Assembly: GCA_037131105.1 (NCBI GenBank)
Contig: JBAXRQ010000001.1
Location: 830,217 to 894,216, forward strand
Reading direction: 5' to 3'
Length of the DNA stretch: 64,000 nucleotides
Source: a bacterium
GTDB lineage: Bacteria > Patescibacteriota > UBA1384 > CAILIB01
The notes beneath the pieces were generated by a model, which was given only the letters and a program-made list of their open reading frames with translations, ran no database searches and had not been told where the DNA came from. The position numbers and the translations under genes were made by a program. This document shows positions 45,017 to 54,585 of the stretch, in pieces. Numbering within the stretch: position 1 is the stretch's first letter; every line of letters starts with the position of its first letter.

Positions 45017-45469
45017 TTACAGGCTCATCTTCCTCTGGGCCTCTTCTAATATCTCGACCCAGTTCCTCGCTTCCTTTTGTCCATCATCAGAGATGAAAAC
45101 AACAGGCGGATTGGGCATATCCATTCCTAATCTGACCCATCCCATGAGCGCCGGAATTTCCGTCCTATGGTGGTCGAGATTACTACAGACCGCCACCGGA
45201 ATCCCCAAGCAGCATGCCTTCAGCGCGATGACGAGCCCAAGGGGCTGCTCAATCGTGCGGCGCTCCGGAGTCGTCCTGTTGGCATCCATCATTTCGCCAG
45301 GCGGCATCATCATATCGGTCATGATCAGGTCTGCCTTCTTACCAGTGGCCAGAAAATTGAGAAGACCACTTCCCGGTCCATCGAATATCACCACCTCATG
45401 GCCGCAGCCGCGAAGCAGTTCAGCGCTCTGCTGGTTTTCAACTTTGTCGTCTATCACTAAGATCTTCAT
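45017..45469 (-). CDS. Stand-alone receiver (REC) domain protein, atypical
   Basis: MKILVIDD N-terminus and a DLIMTDMMMP phospho-acceptor region. No output domain. Confidence 0.55.
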   Translation of the reverse strand: MKILVIDDKVENQQSAELLRGCGHEVVIFDGPGSGLLNFLATGKKADLIMTDMMMPPGEMMDANRTTPERRTIEQPLGLVIALKACCLGIPVAVCSNLDHHRTEIPALMGWVRLGMDMPNPPVVFISDDGQKEARNWVEILEEAQRKMSL

Positions 45470-45729
45470 GTTGATTCCCCTGTCTTCCTCTGTAATCCTC
45501 TCTTGCGAGTCGGTGTCTGGAAGATTTTCTAAAAGTTCATGTCCCGATGAGCGGCCTGGATTTCTCCTCCCCTCTCATCGTGACGGCAGCATTGTAGCAC
45601 TGAAAACCTATTTCGTCAAGTACTTAGTCGATAAATACGAATTATCTAAAAATCATTAACAGATCGCGATATGGATACTTTCAGGTATATATGCTATAGT
45701 TCTACTATATCGACGAAATTTTAAACGAT

Positions 45730-46491
45730 ATGCAACAAGCAGACATTCTCATCAAAAACCTGGGTCTGACCGACAAGGAAGCGGCGGTCTACATGGCCAT
45801 TCTTGAGCTCGGCACCAGCACCATCCAGCCTATCGCCACCCAGTCGGGCATCAAGCGCACCTCCATCTACTACTTCATTGACCACCTGGTGGAGCTGGGC
45901 CTGGTCGAGCAGGCCAAGATCAGAAACCGCAAGCATTATTCAGCCCTCCCCCCTGAGAATATGGTTAGCCTGCAGAAGCAGCGTCTGAGCGAGCTCGAGG
46001 AAATGCTCCCGGAGTTCAAGAGCTTCTATAATGTCTCGGCCAGCAAGCCCCGCATCAGCTATTACGAAGGCACCACCCAGCTGCAGAATATTCTTCTGGA
46101 GGAGCTGAAGTGCAAGGAGGTCTGGTACATATGGCCCACCAAGCTTGCCGTAGACATGGTAGGAGGCCCGGAATTCATGCAGAAGCTGTTCCGCCAGCTG
46201 GTGGACAAAAAGATCAAGGTAAAGGTCATTAGGTTCCATGACCAGGAGGTACATTTCCCAGGTTCGATAGGCGGCGGCGTCGAGAAGATACGCGAGATAC
46301 GCTATGCCAAGCCTGGGATGACCTTCCCCCTGGCTATCGGCATATATGACAGCGGCAAGGTGGGCTTCCTCAGCTCGAAGAAGGAAGGGTTCGGCATTAT
46401 GATCGAAAGCCGTGAGCTCTATGACGCTATGTGCCTGCTGTTCAATATCTTCTGGGAGCAGACGGACGTAGTAGAGGGCGCCGAGGGCTAA
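45730..46491 (+). CDS. TrmB-family transcriptional regulator (paralog 1)
   Basis: N-terminal wHTH plus a TrmB-type C-terminal domain. AT-rich promoter region upstream. Confidence 0.65.
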   Translation: MQQADILIKNLGLTDKEAAVYMAILELGTSTIQPIATQSGIKRTSIYYFIDHLVELGLVEQAKIRNRKHYSALPPENMVSLQKQRLSELEEMLPEFKSFYNVSASKPRISYYEGTTQLQNILLEELKCKEVWYIWPTKLAVDMVGGPEFMQKLFRQLVDKKIKVKVIRFHDQEVHFPGSIGGGVEKIREIRYAKPGMTFPLAIGIYDSGKVGFLSSKKEGFGIMIESRELYDAMCLLFNIFWEQTDVVEGAEG

Positions 46492-46503
46492 CAATGCTAA
46501 AGC

Positions 46504-46536
46504 AAAAACCGCACTACCCGAAGGTCGTGCGGTTTT
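46504..46536. terminator. Bidirectional hairpin terminator (copy 2)
   Basis: Same 33-nt hairpin as 43784..43816, placed between convergent genes. Confidence 0.55.
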
Positions 46537-46578
46537 GGACTCCTGCCACTCTAGAACACTTCTCACCAACCTATAGCC

Positions 46579-46977
46579 CTAAAGGTTGACCCCATACCAC
46601 GGCCTGGCCTTAAAGAACTCACGCACCTCCTCGCTAACTTTTTCACCAACCTGATCTATCAGGCTCTTTGCCACCTTTCCGGCCTCTTCGCGTAGGTCCT
46701 CTGGGACTGATTTACCCAAGGAAGATGAAAAGCCTGAAATAACACCCTTCATATTAACTGTCCCCCCGCCTTTTCTCTTTACCTTCAAACCCTTTTTGCC
46801 ATGTGCAGCAGCAAATTCAAGTGCATAACTCAGTATCTCTGTGTGCACATATTTGGAGGAACCAATACCCACCACCAGCTCACCGTCAGAAAGCTCTGCC
46901 ACAACAACCTTTGCGCCATCGCCAAAGGCCATTTCCGTCCACAAGGACTTTTTATTCAACAGACTGAAACCAATCAT
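46579..46977 (-). CDS. Hypothetical protein
   Basis: 132-aa ORF between the two TrmB paralogs. Confidence 0.35.
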   Translation of the reverse strand: MIGFSLLNKKSLWTEMAFGDGAKVVVAELSDGELVVGIGSSKYVHTEILSYALEFAAAHGKKGLKVKRKGGGTVNMKGVISGFSSSLGKSVPEDLREEAGKVAKSLIDQVGEKVSEEVREFFKARPWYGVNL

Positions 46978-47127
46978 GCTAGCACCCGCTTTTCAAAGGA
47001 TCACCTCAGGTCTCCCCTCAGTGTCGGGAGCATCCTAGCACAATTATTCATAATTGTCAATAACTAAGACTTTTTATATAAGATATATATTGAATATTAT
47101 TATAATATCGTCTATTATATAGACTAT

Positions 47128-47889
47128 ATGGATAAAGAATCCCTCCTCTCCGAGATCGGCCTCAGTGACAAAGAGACCAAGACCTACCTGGCCATTCTTG
47201 AGCTGGGCAGCAGCACCATCAAGCCCATCGCCCTGCGCTCAGGCATCAAGCGCACCTCCATCTATAACTTCATTGACCGCCTGGTTGAGCTGGGCCTCAT
47301 CACCCAGACCGTAGTACGAGGCCGCACCCATTACCAAGCCCTTCCTCCTTCGCACCTGGCCGACCTGCAGAGAGAGCGCCTACACCGGGTAGAATCAATA
47401 CTGCCGGAGCTTACCAGCCTGTTTAACCTGAACTCCTCCAAGCCCCGCATGCACTACTATGAGGGCCCCGAGCAGATGAAGAATATCGTCCGAGAAGAGC
47501 TCTCCTGCACCAAGGAAGCCCTCTACATCTGGCCCAGCGCCGAAAGCACCGAGATGATCGGCGGGAAGCGGTTCATGACCGACATCGACAAGCAGCGCAT
47601 AGAGCGCGGAGTACGCATTCGTACCATTCGCATGCACGACCAGACCGAGCATCTCTTTGAGACGTCAGCCCACGGCACCGCCTTACTTCGGGAAGTACGG
47701 TTCGCACCTGAGAATGAGAACTATAAGATGGGAATGGGAATCTACGACACTGGCAATGTCAGCTTCTTCAGCTCAAAGGAGGAGGGCTTCGGCATCCTTA
47801 TCGAGAGTAAGGAGCTCAGCGCCATGCTGCGAAGCCTGTTCGAACTGCTTTGGCAGGTGTCCACCCCCGCCAAGCCAGGACAGGGGTAG
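47128..47889 (+). CDS. TrmB-family transcriptional regulator (paralog 2)
   Basis: 253 aa, the same length and architecture as 45730..46491. About 55-60% identical to it by eye. Confidence 0.65.
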   Translation: MDKESLLSEIGLSDKETKTYLAILELGSSTIKPIALRSGIKRTSIYNFIDRLVELGLITQTVVRGRTHYQALPPSHLADLQRERLHRVESILPELTSLFNLNSSKPRMHYYEGPEQMKNIVREELSCTKEALYIWPSAESTEMIGGKRFMTDIDKQRIERGVRIRTIRMHDQTEHLFETSAHGTALLREVRFAPENENYKMGMGIYDTGNVSFFSSKEEGFGILIESKELSAMLRSLFELLWQVSTPAKPGQG

Positions 47890-47948
47890 GCTAAAACCCT
47901 TACTTTTTTAAGCTGGTTATTGTATAGTGATTCCACAAAAGCACTCCC

Positions 47949-48242
47949 ATGAACAAAGCCCTTTCCCTCACCTTCAGCCTCCCCCTTTCCATCTTCAAGG
48001 AAGACGGCGTGTTCGTTGCGCATACGCCGGCACTAGACATCTCAACCTGCGGTGACAGCGTAGAAGAGGCAAAGAAAAGCTTTGAGGAGCTAGTGGTACT
48101 GTTCATTCAAGAACTGGAAAGAAAAGGCACCACCGACGAAGTCCTCACCTCTATGGGCTGGGTCAAGGCCAACAAGGTCTGGGCACCGCCCGTTGAAGTG
48201 CACCACGAGATGCAGACTTTCAGCGTCCCTGTGCCGGCGTAA
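47949..48242 (+). CDS. hicB: HicB-like antitoxin (UPF0150)
   Basis: FVAHTPALDISTCGDSVEEAKKSFEELV matches the HicB N-domain consensus. Confidence 0.65.
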   Translation: MNKALSLTFSLPLSIFKEDGVFVAHTPALDISTCGDSVEEAKKSFEELVVLFIQELERKGTTDEVLTSMGWVKANKVWAPPVEVHHEMQTFSVPVPA

Positions 48243-48481
48243 TGTCCTCACGGCTCACCCCGATAAACGTTCTCAGGTTTGAGAAGTTCCTTGCTTCAGT
48301 TGGCTGCACCTTCGTAAGACAGGCCGGCAGCCACCGAGTCTTTGAGAAGGCAGGGCTTGCCAGGCCGGTTATCGTTCCCCGCCACTGCGCAGAGCTCCCT
48401 CCTTTTATCATTCGAAATAACCTCAGGACGCTAGGAATCAGCCTCGAGGAATATCAGAAGGCCATCAGGAAACTAAAATAG
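48242..48481 (+). CDS. hicA: HicA-like mRNA-interferase toxin
   Basis: 79 aa with the YcfA/HicA motif (GSHRVF). Shares 1 nt with the hicB stop. Confidence 0.65.
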   Translation: MSSRLTPINVLRFEKFLASVGCTFVRQAGSHRVFEKAGLARPVIVPRHCAELPPFIIRNNLRTLGISLEEYQKAIRKLK

Positions 48482-48506
48482 CCCGCTGCATGCGGGCTAT
48501 TTTAGT
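48479..48506 (+). terminator. Rho-independent terminator after hicA
   Basis: TAGCCCGC-tgca-GCGGGCTA followed by TTTTAG. Confidence 0.6.
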
Positions 48507-48980
48507 AATTAAAAAGAGCGGTTCACATTTCTACACGTGGATCAAATGTTTTTTAAATCCTGTGTGTGATACCGCTCTTTTTCAGCACAGACACGTTCCC
48601 GATGTTTCCAAGCGAGACATTACGTCTGACTTAGAATGGTTGCCATCTGGCTGTTGTGTCTTGCTCACCTGCTCTATAAAGGTACAAAATGTCTTGACTC
48701 TCTTTCTGTATTTCTCAGCAGGTCTCACAAGCACTTCACGCCGTTTCTCTTCTCTATCTCTTCCTACTCATCTCGTGTCGAGGAACCTTGTAATATCATC
48801 CCTCAACAAAGCTATTATACGTTTTGTAGGGCTTCCCGTCAATGACCTGGGGCCCCTTTCTAACCTGTAGATGCCCTAAAAACACTGCTGTAGCCGCTTT
48901 TTCAAATATTTCCTGGCTCCGCTGTAATATGCCCTACTTTTTCTACCAGAGTAGCTTTATTAGAGCCCTCGAGGGTGCTG

Positions 48981-51665
48981 CTATTCATTACTGGGGAAGG
49001 CCTGGTTAGCCAATGTCTCAAAGCGTCCAAACTGTAACCGGGCCAGCAACTTGGCATCCCCAGTCGGGCCGTTACGGTGCTTCCTCACCATCACTTCCAT
49101 GAGGTTGTTCTGCTCGTCCTTGTTATAGTAGTCGTCGCGATACAGGAACATCACCACGTCAGCGTCCTGCTCAATCGAATTGTGGACGACGATGTCATTG
49201 GCAACAAAGTTATGAGTTCCGGGAACTGTTGCGTCAAACACTTCTTCTACTGCCAGCGGAGTAATACTAGTAATTTCATCCCAATACAGATCGGAGTCAG
49301 CCAAGACCCCAAGATAACGACTACCGACTATCTGTGCAATTCGTCCTAGCCGCTCCCTGCTCACTCCGCTCTTAAACAAGGCTGATCCGGCGTAGGACAT
49401 TCCCATACTTGCCTGTACGGCTCTCCAGCTCAGCCCTGACGCCACTTTGGCCGGGATGATCAGCTGTTCCCAGATTGAAAGGTCGAGGGTATCGGTATTA
49501 GGATTGCCTTTTAAGCCAGCAAGCAACTCCTTGCACTGGCTAACGTTCTCTCCCCTGCGGCCATGACAGCCAACAGCGGCGAGAAATATTTCCTGGTTTG
49601 CCTTGCCTTGCACTTCTACATGATAACTTGGACGAAACGTCTTAGCTCCCTTGACCTGGGGAACCTGACGAAGGGTAGCCTGCATTCCCACCCGTAATAA
49701 TAGATGCTGCACCTGTTCCGCTAGAATCGGGCTAGTAGTAGCATAGTATATCGAGACCTTGTCCCTGGCTACGGACAGACATCCGTCAGTTGCCCACAAG
49801 TGATGCAGGAAGAGGGCTACCTGGGAATTTGAACAGCTGAAGAGACTGGCCGGCAGCTTTTTCTCATAGGAACGCGCCAATCCCAACCCCTCAGATTCCA
49901 ACCACTTTAGAAACGGATGCTTCTTACCTCTGGCATTACGATACGGACTAGGAAGATACAGATGATACCAGCTCTTCTGAGCAACCTGACGAGGCTTAAT
50001 CCCGTAAAGTATTGCAGTGGCATAGGCTACCGCTTCGATATTAGCTGGGTCATTACTCGTGTAATGCACCGGCTGGTGAGATACGTAGCACCCATCCCCC
50101 ACCATATGGGCCAGGAATGTCAGCTGTTCATCGCTATAAGAGGTGTTATCGGCAAGATTGCTAGGGAACTGACGTGGCAGGGCTAGTTTCTCGCCAATCT
50201 TAAGATTATCGAGGGATTGCCATTCAGTATACGTCTTGAACTTATGGTTAGCAGAGGCTTTGATCGTCCTACCGGAGCGGAACTTCAGCTCATATGTCTG
50301 CTTATAACCACTGGAGAATACTTTGGAAGCCGTCTTACGAACAATCTTATACTCCTCATCCATGCTCCACACCGGCACGTTAGTCTGACCTACCAGATCT
50401 TTGATCATTACGCGCTCACCAGTATCAGCTCTCTGGATAAGGGTATCGCCGGTCAAACAGCCACTTTCTCTTAGGTCCGACAGCAGCGGCCGCTTGTCCG
50501 GGCGCGACTCCACCGCACGGGAGAGCTGCGACAGGGCGATCACCGGACAGTTGATCTCTCGGGCCAGGGCCTTTAACGAGCGGGAGATTTCCGAGACTTC
50601 CTGTACACGGTTGTCGCTATTGCCTTTCGCGGTTCCCTCCATGAGCTGCAGGTAGTCCAATACTATGAGGTCAAGACCGTACTCAGCCTGCAGACGTCGA
50701 GCCTTGGCGCGAACCTCCATGATATTGGCCGAAGGGGTATCGTCGATGAACAGGTTGGCTTCGGCAAGTATTCCGTAGGCCTCGTTCAGGTTACGGAAGT
50801 CCTCGTCATTCAGCTTGCCGTTACGCAGCTTCCAGCTGTCGATCTGGCCAATAGAGGAAATGAGACGATCCACCAGCTGCTCCTTGGACATTTCCAGGGA
50901 GAAGATGCCCACCGACTTCTTCTGTTGCACGGCCACGTTCTGGGCGATCTGCAGGGCGAAGGCCGTTTTTCCCATCGAAGGACGGGCGGCCAGGATGATC
51001 AGGTCAGACTGCTGCAGGCCACCCAGGATATTGTCTATGTGCTTGTAGCCGGTCGAAAGGCCGCGCATAGTCCCATCCTGCTTGGACAAGGCATCCAGCC
51101 GCTCGAAGCTGTCGGCCAGGATGCTGCGGACCGGGATGAAGTTCTGCTTGAGGAAGCGCTGGGTGACGGCAAACAAGGCCTGCTCGGCCTGGTCCAGAAT
51201 GACGCTTGACGGCTCGTCCTCACGGAAGCCCAGCTCGCTGATCGAGCCGGCCGCGGAGATAAGGCGGCGCAGCATGGCCTTCTCCCGGACGATCTGGGCG
51301 TAATGCTGGACATTGGTGGCAGAGGCCACTGAGCTCACCAGGCTGGAAAGCTTGGCCGGGCCCCCTATCTGGTCCAGCTTCTTCACCCGGGCCAGCTCGT
51401 CGGCCACCGTCACCAGGTCGATGGGCACCCGCTTCTCTGAGAGAACCACCATGGCCTCGTAGATCGCCGCGTGGTCAGGGCGGTAGAAGTCGACGGCAGA
51501 CAGTATGTCGATGACCTTCAACATCGCCTCCACATCGAGAAGCAAGGCCCCGATAGTGGAGACCTCGGCGTCGATGTTCTGCGGGGGCATCCGGCCGGCC
51601 ACCTGGTGAGGGGTCAGCGACGGGGCCTCCTGCTGGTAGTTCTGACGAGAACCAGTGCGGGCCAT
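48981..51665 (-). CDS. dnaB: Replicative DNA helicase DnaB interrupted by an intein
   Basis: 894 aa. Exteins carry the DnaB motifs (ARPSMGKT; DLRESG|SIEQDAD). The insert lies at the canonical DnaB intein site. Confidence 0.9.
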   Translation of the reverse strand: MARTGSRQNYQQEAPSLTPHQVAGRMPPQNIDAEVSTIGALLLDVEAMLKVIDILSAVDFYRPDHAAIYEAMVVLSEKRVPIDLVTVADELARVKKLDQIGGPAKLSSLVSSVASATNVQHYAQIVREKAMLRRLISAAGSISELGFREDEPSSVILDQAEQALFAVTQRFLKQNFIPVRSILADSFERLDALSKQDGTMRGLSTGYKHIDNILGGLQQSDLIILAARPSMGKTAFALQIAQNVAVQQKKSVGIFSLEMSKEQLVDRLISSIGQIDSWKLRNGKLNDEDFRNLNEAYGILAEANLFIDDTPSANIMEVRAKARRLQAEYGLDLIVLDYLQLMEGTAKGNSDNRVQEVSEISRSLKALAREINCPVIALSQLSRAVESRPDKRPLLSDLRESGCLTGDTLIQRADTGERVMIKDLVGQTNVPVWSMDEEYKIVRKTASKVFSSGYKQTYELKFRSGRTIKASANHKFKTYTEWQSLDNLKIGEKLALPRQFPSNLADNTSYSDEQLTFLAHMVGDGCYVSHQPVHYTSNDPANIEAVAYATAILYGIKPRQVAQKSWYHLYLPSPYRNARGKKHPFLKWLESEGLGLARSYEKKLPASLFSCSNSQVALFLHHLWATDGCLSVARDKVSIYYATTSPILAEQVQHLLLRVGMQATLRQVPQVKGAKTFRPSYHVEVQGKANQEIFLAAVGCHGRRGENVSQCKELLAGLKGNPNTDTLDLSIWEQLIIPAKVASGLSWRAVQASMGMSYAGSALFKSGVSRERLGRIAQIVGSRYLGVLADSDLYWDEITSITPLAVEEVFDATVPGTHNFVANDIVVHNSIEQDADVVMFLYRDDYYNKDEQNNLMEVMVRKHRNGPTGDAKLLARLQFGRFETLANQAFPSNE
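49179..50459 (-). mobile_element. DnaB intein (427 aa) with LAGLIDADG homing-endonuclease domain
   Basis: Begins with Cys (CLTGDTLI) and ends ...VVHN before the +1 Ser. Two LAGLIDADG-like blocks (LAHMVGDGCY, LHHLWATDGC). Coordinates come from the ORF track and are ±2 nt. Confidence 0.8.
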
Positions 51666-51681
51666 GGGGATTCGATTGAGA

Positions 51682-52647
51682 TTAGATCAGACCGACGGCG
51701 CTTTTGACTCGCTCCAGGGTAGCGTTAGCAATCTGGTTCGCCTTGGCATTCCCCTCTTTGATCACATCCTCTAGGTAATCAGGCTTAGCGTCAAGCTCGG
51801 CCTTGCGGGCTCGGATAGGCTCCAGGAAGCTGTTGATGTTGGCGGCCAGGATATCCTTTGATTCTTTATAGGTGATAGTACCGGCCCGGTAGCGTGATTC
51901 GAGCTCCCCTAGCTGATCGGGACTGAACTGGCGATGGAAGGCAAAGAGTAGGTCCTTTTCGGGATCCTTAGGGTCGGTAGGACCGGCCGAATCAGTGGTG
52001 ATCTTCATGACCTTCTTCGTCACCTCCTCGGCCGAGTCAAACAGGCCGATGGTATTGCCATAGCTCTTACTCATCTTCCTACCGTCTAGGCCCGGCAGCA
52101 GACCAGCCTCGGTAGCGATCATCCCCTCAGCTATCTTGAAAGTATTCCCGAAGAGATGGTTGAAGCTTCCGGCGAGGTCGGACATGATCTCAATATGCTG
52201 CTGTTGATCCTTTCCAACAGGCACAAAATCAGGTTCATACAGCAGGATGTCAGCCGCCATGAGGATGGGGTAGGTGAAGAGCCCGACGTTGGGATTCTTG
52301 CCGTTAGCCAAGGCGTCCTTGTAGGCATGCGACCGCTCCAGAAGACCGAAGGGGGCGATGGACCCAAGGATCTGGGCCAGCTCCGAGTGGGCAGCTACGG
52401 CCGACTGCTGCCACAGGGTCACCTTTGAGGGGTCAAGGCCGACCGCCAGCCAGGCAGAACTAATAGTACGGATCCCCGCCCTGAGGGTCTCGGCGTCATG
52501 GATCTGGTTAAGCGCATGCAGGTCTGCCACGAAGACGAAGAGATCGTACTCGTGCTGCAGGTCGACGAACGGTTTCATGGCCCCCAGGTAGTTACCCAGG
52601 TGGATGTTGCCAGTCGGTACGATGCCGGTAAGAAGTCGCTTGCTCAT
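51682..52647 (-). CDS. trpS: Tryptophanyl-tRNA synthetase
   Basis: HIGH-like (TGNIHLGNY) and KMSKS motifs. 321 aa. Confidence 0.9.
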   Translation of the reverse strand: MSKRLLTGIVPTGNIHLGNYLGAMKPFVDLQHEYDLFVFVADLHALNQIHDAETLRAGIRTISSAWLAVGLDPSKVTLWQQSAVAAHSELAQILGSIAPFGLLERSHAYKDALANGKNPNVGLFTYPILMAADILLYEPDFVPVGKDQQQHIEIMSDLAGSFNHLFGNTFKIAEGMIATEAGLLPGLDGRKMSKSYGNTIGLFDSAEEVTKKVMKITTDSAGPTDPKDPEKDLLFAFHRQFSPDQLGELESRYRAGTITYKESKDILAANINSFLEPIRARKAELDAKPDYLEDVIKEGNAKANQIANATLERVKSAVGLI

Positions 52648-52727
52648 AGTGTCTCTATGCTAGCAGAAGGTATTCGACCCCACCAGTGGCCCCGGCCAGA
52701 TGATGGTCAGGGCACTTGCTCGACGAG

Positions 52728-54041
52728 TTAGGGGGTCAGCCGGTTCACACCGCGGTGCAGGTAGGTCACTTCCCTGATATTCTCAGTGTTGAACATCTTC
52801 ATCATCATGCGGACCGGTCCGATTCCGGCGCCACCGTGAGGTGGGCAGCCGTACTTGAAGAAGTCGAGATAGGTGCCAATGGACGCCTCTGTCAGCCCCT
52901 TGTCCAGAGCCTGCTTCTTAAGAACCTCGTAGCGATGCTCACGCTGGGCACCGGTAGTGATCTCTACCCCGTTCCACATCAAGTCAAAGCCTCTAGTGAT
53001 GCCGGGCCGGTCCTCGTACCGCATGTGGTAGAAAGCGCGACTCTCGATAGGATACTCCGTAACGAATACGAACTCGTGGCCATGTTTCTCCATGATGACC
53101 TCGGAAAGCTTCTTCTCTTCCTCAGGGTTGAGGTCGCCGACTTTGTCGCTCTTGATGTCAAACGGCTTGAGCAGCTCCTTGGCCTCGGCCAGGGTTACCC
53201 GGGGAAACGGCAGCGTAGGCACCACCAGCTCGCGACCGAACAGCTCCTTGATCTTCTCCCCGTGCCGCTCCTTGATCGTAGTGAGCACAGAGGCGATCAT
53301 TCCTTCAAGGTTGGCAGCGATGTCCTCATGAGAGTCAATGAACGACATCTCGAAGTCATAGCCGGTGAACTCGGTGGCATGCCGGGTGGTGAATGAGGGC
53401 TCAGCCCGGAACACCGGCCCGACCTCAAATACCTTCTCAAAGCCGGAGGCCATAGCCATCTGCTTGTAGAACTGGGGAGACTGGGCCAGATAGGCCTTGC
53501 CGCCGAAGTAGTCGACGGTGAAGAGCTCAGCTCCGGACTCGCTCGGAGCGCTCATGAACTTGGGCGAGTGGATTTCCAAGAAGCCCTTTTCCAGGAAGTA
53601 CTTCATGAACGCCTCCTCAAAGGTGGTCCAGACCTGGAAGATTAGTAGGTTTTTGGGCTTCCTCAGGTCCAGCCAGCGGTAGTCCAGGCGCAGCGACTGG
53701 TCGGTCTCCCCTTCACCCTTCTCAACTACGGGAATAGGCAGCTCAGGGGCGGCGGCAGAGAGCACCTCGACGCTTTCAACCTGGATCTCAGCCCCGCCGG
53801 GAGCCTGGGGAGCGGCCACTGCCACACCCTCGACGACGATCACCGATTCCAAGGAGATATCCTCAGCAGCGGCAAAGACGGCCTCATGCTCCTTGCTGAC
53901 CACGCACTGGATGGTGCCAGTGACGTCGCGCAGGATAAGGAACTGGATCTTGCTCTGGCGGCGGGCGGTCTGCAAAAAGCCCATCAGGCGGACTTTCTCT
54001 CCAGGCTTGGAGCCGGCCTGGGCGGTATAGGTTCGTTCCAT
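52728..54041 (-). CDS. aspS: Aspartyl-tRNA synthetase, archaeal/eukaryal type (likely non-discriminating)
   Basis: 437-aa class II aaRS with an N-terminal OB and motif 3 (GGAGIGPVRMMM). Co-occurs with gatCAB. Confidence 0.75.
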   Translation of the reverse strand: MERTYTAQAGSKPGEKVRLMGFLQTARRQSKIQFLILRDVTGTIQCVVSKEHEAVFAAAEDISLESVIVVEGVAVAAPQAPGGAEIQVESVEVLSAAAPELPIPVVEKGEGETDQSLRLDYRWLDLRKPKNLLIFQVWTTFEEAFMKYFLEKGFLEIHSPKFMSAPSESGAELFTVDYFGGKAYLAQSPQFYKQMAMASGFEKVFEVGPVFRAEPSFTTRHATEFTGYDFEMSFIDSHEDIAANLEGMIASVLTTIKERHGEKIKELFGRELVVPTLPFPRVTLAEAKELLKPFDIKSDKVGDLNPEEEKKLSEVIMEKHGHEFVFVTEYPIESRAFYHMRYEDRPGITRGFDLMWNGVEITTGAQREHRYEVLKKQALDKGLTEASIGTYLDFFKYGCPPHGGAGIGPVRMMMKMFNTENIREVTYLHRGVNRLTP

Positions 54042-54065
54042 AAAGGTGGGATTAGCGAGACTAGC

Positions 54066-54182
54066 GCGTTTGGATGCATTTCAAGGAAGGATTGAGTATT
54101 TGACCGAGGCGTACTCGCTGGTACGTTGAGGGAAAAACGGAAATCCTGACGAAGAAAGGCGCCAAACGCGTAGGACCGGGGA
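54066..54182 (+). repeat. Copy B of the conserved structured element
   Basis: Aligns with 12889..13000 at roughly 70% identity with conserved blocks. The hairpin GGCGUAC/GUACGUU needs two G·U wobbles on the plus strand. Confidence 0.5.
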
Positions 54183-54554
54183 AATAAAAATGCCCTCGCA
54201 CAATTACTCGAAAGTAATCATGTAAGGGCGACGTTAATCGCGGTGCCACCTTACTTCACTCCTGGCGGAGCCTTGTTTACGCTGTAACGGGCGCTCCCGA
54301 GGGGGTCTAGTATCCGCAGGAGCGGAGTTCTTCCCCTGGCTCAGCGGTGTCAGCCGCCTCAATGCCTATGCAAAGAGTATGGCAGAACCTGGAAAGGAGG
54401 GCAAGTGAGCTGGATTACAAACGTTTACAGCCCTGCCAAAGACCGCTATACTCATCCCAATGACCTCATACTCCTCTTTTAGCTTTTGCTGGCAGTCCCA
54501 CCTCCTTCTTCAGAAGCGAGCCCTGTTTTAGTACCAGTCTAAACCAGAAGACAG

Positions 54555-54585
54555 CGCCCGCTCCTGAAGCGGGTGTTTTGTTTTC
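54555..54585 (+). terminator. Rho-independent terminator closing an ORF-free ~500-nt interval
   Basis: CGCCCGC-tcctgaa-GCGGGTG stem followed by TTTTGTTTT. Confidence 0.55.

Noticed and set aside
48490-48870. 126-aa ORF downstream of hicA
   Set aside because: No RBS, Cys/Leu/Ser-rich with atypical composition, and it lies in a low-GC intergenic interval.
50400-52650. Apparent 1-nt offset between the printed sequence and the ORF-track coordinates
   Set aside because: Probably my transcription error while reading. ORF-track coordinates were used as authoritative, and nearby motif coordinates are given as ±2 nt.
54042-54185. Possible T-box leader for aspS
   Set aside because: No T-box consensus (AGGGUGGNACCGCG) and no specifier/antiterminator arrangement. 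The element is also found next to ctpA, which is not a tRNA synthetase.
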